DNA of 63,655 nt, the filler included, from Dicyema japonicum (taxonomy: Eukaryota > Animalia > Dicyemida), in NCBI GenBank assembly GCA_011109175.1. It is 8 parts of 8 records of this genome, joined end to end, with 100 filler letters (N's around TTAATTAATTAA, not from the genome) between each part and the next. Parts side by side here need not be neighbours in the genome. Positions count along the whole stretch, not along the records: positions 38,859 to 56,056 come from RDEW01000044.1; positions 56,157 to 62,063 come from RDEW01000051.1; positions 62,164 to 63,655 come from RDEW01000012.1; 5 more parts are not named here. The stretch is one strand, 5' to 3'. The translations under genes and the position numbers were made by a program. The notes beneath the pieces were generated by a model that was given only the letters and a program-made list of their open reading frames with translations, had not been told where the DNA came from and searched no databases. This document shows positions 52,381 through 63,655 of the stretch, piece after piece; the first letter of the stretch is position 1, and the number at the start of each line of letters is the position of its first letter.

Positions 52381-52769
52381 ATCATTCGTAATGAAATCTT
52401 ATTTTCTTTATTTCGCTGACTCTCAGAAACATTCTTTATAAACATAATCTGAAAATCCAGACTCGTTAGCGGGCCAGATTCGTTATCATTTGACATTAAA
52501 TTGTCATTTTGACATTAATGTTTGATCTTAAATATTAAATTAAATATCACCAGTTAAATATTTGCAACTGAGTTTATAAACATAATCTGAAAATCCAGAC
52601 TCTTTACCGGGCCAGATTCGTTATCATTTGACATTGAATTGTCATTTTGACATTAATGTTTGATCTTAAATATTAAATTAAATATCACCAATTAAATATT
52701 TGCAACTGAGCCAAAGATAACTTGAAACAACTAAGAAAAACGGATTCCAGTTACATGTAACCCACTGTC

Positions 52770-53360
52770 ATTGGAGTCAAGTACGACAGTTTACTCAATT
52801 TTAACTTCCACGCAAAAGACATGATTACCAAGGGCCTCCAGAAATTAAACGTTAAACGAGCCCATGTCTGGAGGACCCTGAAGAATATGAACTTTTCTGT
52901 TTCTATTCTCAACCAACATCAATCTCGCCAGCCGTTGAGTATGCGTCCGTTGCATAGAAATTGGCGCTATCGGAGAATATCGTCCACAGAATCAACTCAA
53001 TACACTGAAAAACCATCATTATGCTTTGCCCACGTACTGGATCAACACTCGACCCACTACTCATGGAAGCTAAATCCGTAGTCGTGGTTCCGGATTTCTT
53101 CGCTTTTGTTGAGGAAATGGAAACCCGCTTCTTCTGAGCATTTTCATAGATAGAGAAATCCCAATGGACAAGAAATTCGCCTCTTCTATCGGATTCCTCT
53201 GCAAGACCGAAAGATGTCTTTTCCGAAAAGTAGTGTGGACATGGAAGATCACACACGTCGAATGGCACAATTAATCGCGGGGACTGGGATCACTTAGCTG
53301 CTCTACTTTTTTGATTTTCTTTCTTGGTGTTCCCGGGGTTATTAAATAAATAAATAAACA
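52770..53360 (+). mobile_element. 5'-truncated LINE 3' end with (TAAA)n tail
   Basis: Ends GGGATCACTTAG..TTTCTTGGTGTTCCCGGGGTTATTAAATAAATAAATAAA. Confidence 0.65.
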
Positions 53361-54330
53361 ACTCTCATTTAGATTGCTACTGCACGTCGACTCCGAATCC
53401 TTAGTCGAAACAGTAATTAGAGTGTTGAAGACGAAATTATTTCTAGAAAACAAAGAAAACATCGTTGGATTAGCCAGCGTATTTTGTCAATTTTGATCTT
53501 AGATGCAACTTTGATGTAGGTTATTTGTTTAAGAGAAGTAATGCACCTTCATTAATAAAAGCTGCAACTAGTTTATACTATGTAAGTTTGATAAACCTTT
53601 TCTCTTAGAACGAAAAAAATCTTATGAAAAAATTAAGCACTACCGCGTTGTCATAAAGACGTAAAATGCCTAGGGTTGTGATCGTGCAAAACACTCGTTC
53701 TATTTAAGTAAAAAAACAGTTATTAAAACTAATCGTAGATGGAGAACCTAGGAATGCTCTTCACTTCTTTGTTTTTTTCTTTTTCTTGTGTATATGTCCG
53801 TTTGACTATCCAGTTCCGCAGTGAATCTCCACTAATGATGGCGTTACTCGTAAAACCCAAAAATGTAAATTCGAAATTACTCGTTTCTCCAAGTAATGTG
53901 AGACAAAGAATTATGATTTTCACTTCAAATCTCAAAAGATATAACTCAGATTTACCAAAATTCTTGAACAAGTTTTAATCAAATTAATTTAAGAAATTCT
54001 TTCTTTTTTGTGCTTTCAAGTTGATTTTGTCATTAAACTTTACACTACGTATATATATTTTTACTCAGTCTATCGCAGGTGGTTTATATAACTCTAATCT
54101 TTTCCAACGATGTATGCATGCATCGATTCACCTGACAAAGGAATATTACAGAACGTCAAAAAATTTCTTAGTAACAAATTCTAATTTCGTGTTGAAGTTC
54201 TTTTTAATCATAATGTTTCTTAATGTATAATTGATTCTTAACATATGTGGTCATTGATTTATCTACTATAATTAGAGAATGTAGAATATTATTTTTATTC
54301 AAAAATAGGATTTTTTTAACAAGAAATCAA

Positions 54331-54408
54331 ATGTCAGTTGAGAAAGCCGGCTGCGTGGATGGCGAACGAGTTTCATCGGAGTATGGGCATTCCATTCTTC
54401 TGTCACAG
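54331..54408 (+). pseudogene. 5' gene fragment paralogous to 3879-3956
   Basis: MSVEKAGCVDGERVSS with a 28-nt GT..AG intron at 54381-54408. Confidence 0.45.
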
Positions 54409-55968
54409 CCATAATACTTCTCTTTAATGCCTTTTCTTTCTGGCAAGCATTCCTTCTAGTTCTCGCAAAAACTCAGCCGTCATTGGACAAACGGCTCCCG
54501 ATGATTCATTCGAAACAGAAGTAATCGGTAACGGTCCCCGAGGCAAAAATATTTCTTGATTTTTATCACCTTGTGTAATTTTAAATTTCTACCGATTCAT
54601 GATTATGTGACACCTCACAAGGGAGACTATACATGGTCAGTCTTCTACAAATTCAAATAATTATTCGATTGTCATCAATAAAGACAGAAGATGGTGGACA
54701 CGCTAACCCAGTATCAAAATACCTCTTTAAAATTTTACACAAAGATCAAATAAGCAAAAAATATTAAATTTAACTGAGTTGACAGCAACAATTATTACAA
54801 TATGAATAAAAATAGTCTGACATTACGCACTTTACATAAATTCTTTAATAATCCTCTGATTTCAGTCTTAATTCACACCAACTCCACACAATATATATAA
54901 CCACAATAATGCAAATATATCCACCACTTCTCTAATAACAGTGATCCGTTGCTTCCCAATCACTCTATCTATTTTTCCAATCTCTCAGACACGTCGAGTA
55001 TACACCACTACTCTACATCTCCCATGTTGTTTCGGTAGCTAAAATAATCTGCCAGGTCTTCCACTCTCTCAGAGAGGTCCCCATCGACTACTTTAGAGTT
55101 TCTTTACTGCTCAACTTTAAGGGTTTATACTTTTAGGTATAACTACCTCTCTGAAACGATCCACGTGTTATGAGAAGATTGAATGCAATTGATATGCAAA
55201 AGCCGATTAGAATACTTTTTGAGAAAAATCGCTAGTGAAGCTGTGAAAGGACTTCCAGGCTTAAAAGTGATGCAAAATTGAGAGTGAGGGTCTCGACCTC
55301 TTGAACAAGCTTTATAAACAAATATGGCATTTGTGTACAGGGATCTGTCTTCTAAAAGAAGGTAAAGACCACAATAGGCTAGACATTTGATTCTTGCACA
55401 GTCACGTGCTTTGCTGTGTCCGACATTTTGAACAGCCTCGTAGAAGTCGTTGTTGAGAAGGAAACTGGTTATTTGTATGTTGGTGAAGACAGACTTGAAC
55501 TTTGAAAAGAACTCCAGTAGAAACTTTGAGTTTAAAAAATAGGGTACTGCATTATGTTCTAGTTATCCGAACCAGTAAGATTAGGGAAGAGTTCGAAAGA
55601 AAATATCTGCACTGATATTATTATTTGTCTTACTTGTATGCCTGAAATTTTCCAAAAGTTAAACTTTTCTAAAAGAGAAAGATAAATCTTGAAATCTCTG
55701 TCTTAGTGTTGTTTTTAATGGCAATTCGAAACAGTCTAACTAGAGAACATATTGTAAACATAATTTAATTTTTAAATGTTAATAGATTATTTTTTTAAAT
55801 ATACTTAATAAATATTTTATTTATTTTTCGTTATCTAGGAAGAAAGGATATTTCGGAATACGGCACAAGGGATACTTAACTAATTTTATGTTTTCTCGGG
55901 AGTGTTTTGTAATAATAATATCAAGGAAAAGAGAAAATAGACTAAACGGTTATATAGAGGGTGCCATA

Positions 55969-56056
55969 ACCGCGTGGCGCCATGAGGTGCTTCGAGGCTA
56001 ATTGATTTAATTTTCTGTTTGTTTGTCTGTTTTTTCCCTCCTATTAGAATGGAGTC
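55969..56056 (+). mobile_element. 5' part of the SINE-like family, cut by a gap
   Basis: ACCGCGTGGCGCCATGAGGTGCT..TTTTCTGTTTGTTTGTCTGTT..CTATTAGAATGG aligns with the 26.3k and 28.2k copies. Confidence 0.7.
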
Positions 56057-56257
56057 NNNNNNNNNNNNNNNNNNNNNNNNNNNNNNNNNNNNNNNNNNNN
56101 TTAATTAATTAANNNNNNNNNNNNNNNNNNNNNNNNNNNNNNNNNNNNNNNNNNNNAATTTCAATACATTTGTAACAATATACAAAATTTATTAAAAAAT
56201 AATTATTAAATTATTATGTTAAATAAATATAAATTTTAAATGCATCATAACATTTAG

Positions 56258-58482
56258 CGAAACACCAAAAACTCGATCCCGCCATCATCGGTCTCATTCA
56301 AAAGATTAATGGCGGTCTTATAAGCGGATACCGGTATTTTTATGTAATATTGTGCACAGCGTAGAATTGGGCTCCCCAAATGACTTTATAAATACTTCAT
56401 CAGTCATTAACCTGGATAGTATCTGCTCCAGTCTAAGTTTCCTTCTTTCATATTATTTAGACCACTTTAAAAATATTGAGAACATCAGGATGTCCTCCGT
56501 TTTGTGTACGGAGGAAGTTGTACGTCGTAGAGGCTCACAAGATGAAGTCTGTGCCCTTCCACGGAGCTCTTCTATTAGATATTGTATTTCCTTAAAAAAT
56601 GTTCAAAACGAGGCCCCTTCGTCGTTCCGTTGGTTTTTTTCCATTCTAGTAGTGTACCACTGCTCTACCCCCATGTCCGCCTATCATCCAAACGTGGAAT
56701 CAGATGTCAACCTTTTCTCAAATCAAGGTAGTCTCTGTCCCCTTAAACAGACGATTTGTCGTTGAACTCGAGAATTAAGAGGTTGTCCGATCCCGAACAT
56801 TCCGTTGGGCTGAAGAAATTTTATACATTCGACTACAACGAGAAAATTAAGGTTTCCGTGGAGGATTTGTACAACTCCCTAAACGTCGCCAATTCTTTGT
56901 CGGAGTACGCCGAGCTAATAAACTGCCTTTATATGAAAACGTTTCTGGTGGTTGTATGTTTCAGTGGATCCCTGAACACGGAGTTGCCTGATGGAACTCA
57001 ACTCGTGAATTTATTTCGTGATCTTTACTATAAGGTTTGTTTCTCAGTCAATTTCAGTCTTGTAATAGCAAGCGATGGTGTTTCGTCGCTACACTTCGGG
57101 GGTTCTCTCAAAGCGTGTCGATGGACTGGATCGGGTTCCCTTTGATATCATACAAGGCCTTAACCGACTTAATCATCCGCCAAAAGCAGGTCACTTCGGG
57201 GTGTCGGATAAAATAAAGTAACTTTTTCGCGGTTATTCAGACAATTCGGGGAAAACATTTTCAGTGATGAGCACATTGTCGAAAAGTCTCATATTGTGGT
57301 AACTCTAGGCCCCTGTCTCCCGACGAGATTATGTGGGTTCTTAAGAAGATCTATAATAACGACTACTGCATCCTCTGCCTATCTCAGGTATTTGGAGGGT
57401 TAATCTGTAGGAGATTATTGTCTACTTGGCCTCCTTCATTCGGTCAGAACCCAAGATTTTCAAAAGAATGATTAGAATCGCGTGGGACTAATTTTGAAAC
57501 TCATGCACAGCGAAGTCATGAGAATATACAAACATTCTGGTCTTGCTCCGTTATTTCAGATTCCGTGGACGGAGTGATTCAGTTGACCTCCCTTAGTCCC
57601 TATGAATTGAGAAGACTGCTATATGACACTCTTATTGGCAATGAAACCCACATTATCTTCGGTATGAGTAGCTCCTGACGTTATCTTTATTTTTGGAGTA
57701 TTTCACATTTAGACAAGTCAATTGCTGAGACTACCCCCAAGTGAGGAGAAAGTCCGTATTATCTGTTTATTTCACCGGTTATTGTTTAGAATAGCATTCA
57801 AATGTTCTCTGAGGAGAAGACCACTTCTAAAGGAAGGTGGATGAGGCGTCGGGAGGTTGATGGATGCCTTGATAGTGTCCCTGAAAATTTCTACCCCCAG
57901 CTGTGGAACTTGCTGATGCATGTAGACCATTTAAAATAGTTTCTAGTGTTCTGGTGGGATCATAATCGCGAATGAAAGGTTTAATTCGATACTGACGAAT
58001 GAGGTGGTCGTTTTATTTCATTAAGATGACTGCCGGGGAGATGAAGTTTGCTCTAGCTGTCGAGGAAGTCCTCGGTTCTATACAATTCCCAGAGCTGAGA
58101 CAGCTTTATATAGAATGTGCTGTTCTTTTTCAGTTGGTCACGAGTCGGAGTCAATCTGGTCTCAGCTTCACGTGGATTAACTTTGATCGAATCATCACGG
58201 AGGCGAATGAGATATTCCTTCGTGAGGAAGTCAGTAATTGGACTTATGTCTTAGATTAAGTTTAATGGGAAATCGACCACGTGCTGTACTGAATATGTTG
58301 ATAGACAAAAACCGACTACCTTGAAATGTGGTGGAGTTGGAGGGATCTGTTACAACTTCTATGATAATCCACCTTCTGGGAAATATGGGACTATTACATA
58401 CATCACTCGAGCGGCTGCGTCGATTATTCAATTGCCTAGGACTGGGCCTTCGGGGGATATTATTGATTGTCGTCTTTCTTAA
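56258..58482 (+). CDS. PHKA: Phosphorylase b kinase regulatory subunit alpha, 3' half; at least 10 tiny introns and two -1 frameshifts
   Basis: Spliced peptides RYTSGVLSKRVDGLD|ALTDLIIRQKQVT, QEIIVYLASFIRSEP, GRWMRRREVDGCL..VPENFY, MTAGEMKFALAVEEVL..PELRQL and YDNPPSGKYGTITY match PHKA, and it ends in the CaaX motif CRLS*. Introns: 56334-56359, 56941-56964, 57035-57057, 57135-57156, 57286-57308, 57388-57410, 57540-57559, 57922-57946, 58004-58025, 58230-58254. The N-terminal half is absent upstream of the gap. Confidence 0.88.
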
Positions 58483-59779
58483 TTTATTTTGAATTTTAAA
58501 TATTTGTTGGTGACCTTTGGATCATTGAGTCGATACGACGGACTAGATCGTCCGCTTGTGGATAAAGCATTCCTATCGTCTCAACAGCAAATGGGATAAC
58601 ATGTGATTCTCCGAAATGCTTCGGTACTTTCTTCTCTTTTTATCCTCGGCTTGCTTGTTCGGAGAGTGAGCATCAACCACGTAAAGTCTCAAACCAGGTT
58701 CCGTCCGACCACTGGCAAAAGGGAAAGTCGTCGTGGTGTTTGCCATCGCTTTGGAAGACACCATTCGTCCCAACTTTTAATAAAATATTTGCTTGAAAGT
58801 TACTCCTGGTGGTTACACGACCAATGTGAAGGAAGAGCCATTCCGTCTGTGTGTTTACTCCACCCAATTTGAAAGATTGTTTAAACGAACTCCATCATGC
58901 AGGAAATCACTCAAGTTGTGCTACCGATGAATAGATTAACATGAATTTTTAGAACCAAAGAGTATATTTAATTTTAAAACACTCCGATAGGCTATCATGT
59001 ACTTCACTCACAAGCAGATTCATATCACTTGGGTTCATTCCAATTCCCATTGACGAAGCAAAGCGTATTGCCTAAATGCAATATTTCTTGTTCAAATAAA
59101 GCTGAAACCACCTTGACTATTGCAGCATTTGTGTAGCAAGTATTAATCAAAACCTGACAAACCTATCGAATGGTTTGAGAAACTAAAATAAACAGGAAAT
59201 GAGATGTATTCTTTATCAAAGAAGCATTTTGTCTAAAATAGTATTCCAATGTCCGTGACTTAGTTTTAAAAAGGCCTTGAGTAGAAATTTTGGTACTTTT
59301 GCAATACATGCTTTACGAATAAGGCTCTTATTATTTTAACGAAATAAGGCTCTAAATGAATTAATGAAATTTTTTTAATGAATTAATGAAAAAATTAAAA
59401 AATTGAACAATGCCGAATTTGTAAATATTATTATAAATTTTTTTTAAATAAGTTGCTAAATCTTTTCGACTTAGTGGTGTTAAAACGATACAGACGAAGT
59501 CAAAACTGAGCTATTAACGACCCCCTACCTAAGAAAAAACCGTTATGGGCTTCATATAGATGCTTATAATCATTCTTAGCGAAAAAAGTCATTATTACAA
59601 AAATAAGTCACTTGTTTCTACGCAGCGTAATGTTCGGTGGACAATATCTAGCATCTATTAATTCATCAAAGGAGTTTTCCAAATCGCTCACTTGCCTTCT
59701 CCACAAAAATTCTACAAAATAACTCGGAGTATTAAATACCTGCAAAATATGAACCAATGAAGTGAAAGCGCGGTACCTC

Positions 59780-60250
59780 TTTGTCTTTTATTGCAGCATT
59801 TTGCGCTTCCCCACATTCTAAATTTTCCTATTTAATTTTTATGTGAACCTCTCAACTTTGAGGTGCACATAGGCAAGAGCATTAAGATCTCTCATTAAAT
59901 AACCTATTTCCAAGAATATATTAATTACAATTACCCTTACATTTGTCAGTGTGTATCCATATCCCGGTGCGATATTTTGCTGTATCGCTGCTGTTAGAGT
60001 TCTTTTCGACCTATCAGGAACCATATCTAGGAAACAGTCTTAACTTCCCCGACAAATTCCTTCAAACACCCATTGTTGAGGGAGAATCCTTCCAGCATTG
60101 TTTTTTCGTTTAGAGAACATGCTCTCATCAACTTCGACAACTTTTCCAATTCCACCTATACAATCTAATAATACACTAATAACGATCAGTGTGTTCGCTT
60201 TTATTGCACACCATGTTGTATTCTCCCGCTGATGGAGAAGGGTCATCAAA
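59780..60250 (-). mobile_element. Merlin/ISXO2 (IS1595-like) transposase remnant
   Basis: IGGIGKVVEVDESMFSKRKNNAGRILPQQWVFEGICR and VPDRSKRTLTAAIQQNIAPG. Confidence 0.85.
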
Positions 60251-61371
60251 TTTCTTTTAAGGCATTTCTTTTCTTTCGTTCAGTGATATTGTCGACAATA
60301 TCTTTCTTCGTTAAACGTCTTCCAAGTTCAGCAAACACCCGACTTTTTTTGCTCACCTCCTAATCTCATCGGTAAATTTGCTTCCCGTTTGATTGTAATA
60401 AGCTCGGTTTTTTGTTCGTTTATTTTAAGGAACCACTTTCCAAACACTTCAGGAACATATGAGCAATTCTGATATCAATGATGTCTTCAAAAACAAAATC
60501 CAGGTCATCCACATATGTTAATTCCTAGCTAGAAGTCGGACGATTGTTAGCTCTCAGGTTCCAGATGAACAACAAAAGATTTGGTTATAGTGAGTTACCT
60601 TCTGGAGTGCCAATGTGAGTTATAAATATTCGAGAGTGCTCTGGGCAAATCCAGACTTTGAAAGTTGAACACTTAACATATTTAATGTGTCCTCGTCTAA
60701 CAACGATTTTAGTCCCTCTTCTGAATTCACTTAAAATTGATTTGCCCCATTTTGACCATAAAAATCAGAAAACCATGTAAATTGGGTGAATTTTAGTACA
60801 TTATTTGTCACTGTCCATACATGCGAAACGCCGTACATGGGAGATTCATAATTTTCAATAAAAATCACATTTTTGGAAATTCTTTTAATTAAATATTCAT
60901 TAAATATCTAAATTTATAAGTTTTATACCACTAGTTGTGATTATAGGAATTACTTAAAAACCAACATGACATAATTTTCTATACAATTATGTATCGATTT
61001 AATATTTTATTATAAAAAACGTAAAAATGGTTAGCCATACTAAGTTAGCTCTAAAATTTATTCAATTTTTAAATTTTTAAAATAAATATTTAAAATTACA
61101 ATCTGTCAAGCTAAACTATTTTAAATTTTTTTTTTAAATTAGAACACTTCTAAATGTAAAAATTAGATTAAGGCATCTGAATGGCCATGCTATTTCCCCT
61201 AACAATAGCCAACGAGATACGTTCTCGGAACCAACCAGTCTCTCGCGGATCCTTGGTCACAGCTTGAATCATGGAGCCGATCTATGAACCAACTCATCTG
61301 CTTGAAGGCCAAGGATTTCTGACGTTTCCACCGCGAACGGAACAAATAGATACTCCTCCTTTTTTTTAATC

Positions 61372-61456
61372 AACCCTAACCTTTACTCTAACACTAAACC
61401 CTAACTCTAACCCTAAACGCTAACCCTATTCTTTAACCCTAACTCTAACCCTAACC
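61372..61456. repeat. Degenerate interstitial (CCCTAA)n telomere-like array
   Basis: About 14 hexamer-like units, including CCCTAA, CTCTAA, CACTAA and CGCTAA. Confidence 0.75.
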
Positions 61457-62587
61457 AGGTAATGTTGTAATCATAAAATGATCCAATTTAAAAAAAACAC
61501 ACATCTTGAAAAATTTCAAAGGTCACAATTTTTTAGCTCGACTAATGTGAACTGTGTTATATTCATTATTTTCTTCGTTTTGGTCAACAATAGTTGACAG
61601 TTCTCCTTTCTTACTGACAAATTGGAATTTTTTGTAGAACCTTCGTCATATAATGGGTGGTGCTTAGTATTATTGTTTAGTTTATTGCCTGACCAAGTTG
61701 TCCTGCTGAGTGCATAAAGGCCGTGTTACAAAGGAATAGGTTATTTGCGAATTACCTTCATTGGCATCCCCATCATGACGTAATTGAATTTCGTCTCCTG
61801 AATTCATCCTATTTCCATCTTCGGCGTTTTTTATTTTTTCACTTGACTTTATTAGATTTTCAAGAGCAATTTTTCGTTTTTCTTCTATTTTTTCCATTTT
61901 TTCCTGATCGTATTTTTTCTCCAGATTGACGCTGTAAAAAATCTCTAAAGGCCGCTGTCTTGTTGTATGATGGTTTGATCTATTATAATCCCATACAATG
62001 TCTTTTATGAAGTCAATATAACTTCCAAAATTTCCCTTGGATGAACTCGTGGAAGAAACCCATNNNNNNNNNNNNNNNNNNNNNNNNNNNNNNNNNNNNN
62101 NNNNNNNTTAATTAATTAANNNNNNNNNNNNNNNNNNNNNNNNNNNNNNNNNNNNNNNNNNNNCTGGCAATGAACACATTTATTAATTACTCCTGCAATT
62201 TCATCTCTAGTCAAACCATAATACTTAGTCTTTAGCTTACTGAACAGTCGATCTCTACCAAAATGATTATAATTATGTTCCGCCTAATTAATGTTAATTA
62301 ATCCGATACCTCAATGCATTTAAGCTTCAACTCAATGTCATCCTCTGCGAAAAATCGCAATTTGGTTGAATTCTTAATAAAGAATACATTTCCATTTTCA
62401 AAGCATATGTTTTTCGCAAGCTGCTTTAGCCTAAATCGTTGTTTTCTGTTAGTATTGTCGTCTAATGTGTTTTCTTCTTGGTTTTCTCTGATTTTTTTAT
62501 TTTTTCAAGAATTTCTTTGCTGAGCTTCACAATACGCATAGTTCCACGCTTTTTTTATAAATTAAAAAGTAGAATATTTCTCTAAAA

Positions 62588-63654
62588 CAGTGGTTCTCAA
62601 CCTGGGGTCCGCGGACCCCTTGGGGGTACGCGAAAGATTCCAAGGGGTCCGCGAAAAACTTCTGAACCTTTATTTAAATTTTATTTTTTAATAATAATTT
62701 AAAATTAATATATATAATATAATTAAATGTTAATAAATAATATTTCTTTTTGATATATTATTAGATAAATTAATATATTTTAATATTCAAGATTTTAAAG
62801 ACGAATTTTTATTTTCCTATTCGCTTGAATCGACCACTAAAGGAGAAGATTTTTTTAAGCAATTTCTACGTTGTTTGAGAATGTTGGGTTGTCTTGGAAC
62901 AATGTATGTTGTTGCACAAACGATGGAGCACCAGCAATGCTTGGCTCTCATTCTGGCTTTAGAGGTCAAGTTAGACTGGCTAACAAGAAAACGAAACATT
63001 TTCATTGTATGCTACATCGATATGTACTAGCTGCAAAAACATTACCTTCAGATTTAAGATATTTTCTTGATGATGTCGTACACATCGTAAATTATATTAA
63101 AAAGAGTGCTTTGCATTCTCGAATTTTCAGACTAATTTGCGAAGAATTTGAAAGGGACGGAAAGACTTTGCTATTCCACACTGAAGTGAGATGGCTATCT
63201 CGGGGAAACATTATTGCCAGAGTTTTTTTTGAGGAATGATTTATCTGAATATTTTAATCGCGAAAACAATTCCAAATCATCGGAATTTATTTCGAAATTG
63301 ATGGACAGTTCATGGCTATCCAAGCTTGCCTACTTGAGAGATGTTTTTTCTCGTATAAATTCACTCAACAAATCGCTTCAGGGAAGACGTGAAACTATAG
63401 TTGATTTTGTGGATAAAATTAAGTTTGTGAACTGTTTAATATAAGTTTGTGAATTAGTCGATGAAAATATTCAAGAGGCTTTTATTGATATGGTCAACAA
63501 TTCGATTAATTTTATTTCCTTTTTTAAAAATAAATTGTGTTTTTAGAAAAGTAATAATTTTTTGACAAAAAACTTGTAAAAATATGTTGGGGGTCCGCGA
63601 ATTTTTTAATTCACTCACAAGGGGTCCGCGACCAAAAAAGGTTGAGAACCACTG
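62588..63654 (+). mobile_element. Internally deleted Buster-type hAT element (1067 bp) with both TIRs
   Basis: TIRs CAGTGGTTCTCAACCT and AGGTTGAGAACCACTG, with repeated subterminal GGGGTCCGCG. The left target is CTCTAAAA. The transposase piece reads CTNDGAPAMLG..HCMLHRYVLAAK..LLFHTEVRWLSRG. Confidence 0.93.
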
Positions 63655-63655
63655 A

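Noticed and set aside
55352-55372. 21-nt GT..AG segment on the minus strand as a possible intron
   Set aside because: Splicing it creates a TAA, while the frame is open without splicing. The product is unrecognised.
58573-58872. Possible gypsy integrase zinc-binding remnant
   Set aside because: Only a vague H/C spacing is present, with no supporting LTR-element domains nearby.
1-63655. CRISPR arrays, rRNA, intact tRNA genes or prokaryotic operons
   Set aside because: No regularly spaced repeat-spacer units, rRNA motifs or full cloverleafs were seen; the sequence is eukaryotic.

Overview
This is an AT-rich eukaryotic scaffold with animal-type genes. It is not prokaryotic and has no CRISPR or rRNA. 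The assembly is fragmented: N gaps, seven artificial TTAATTAATTAA linkers and about 11 short tandem duplications that are probably artefacts. Host genes are broken by tiny GT-AG introns of about 20-29 nt with almost no donor consensus, so the ORF track shows them only as pieces. This intron size points to a reduced parasite such as a dicyemid or myxozoan (inference). By splicing manually I reconstructed (i) an intact 374-aa type I membrane protein with two LAMP-like repeats (6874-8143, minus) and a disrupted inverted paralog about 38 kb away, (ii) a complete 141-aa MAPR/PGRMC-type protein, (iii) the 3' half of phosphorylase kinase alpha, carrying two -1 frameshifts in the same sequence context, (iv) a UTP14-like gene and (v) the C-terminal half of a galactose-3-O-sulfotransferase. 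The rest is decayed transposons: CRE-like, R4/Dong-like, RTE (including BovB-like) and Jockey/I-like LINEs; pogo/Tigger, hAT, Merlin/ISXO2 and Helitron fragments; a TGT..ACA TIR element with telomere-like repeats; and a ~320-nt SINE that appears to share its 3' tail with local LINEs and contains a candidate HDV-like ribozyme fold. All homology calls are from recalled motifs, not database searches.
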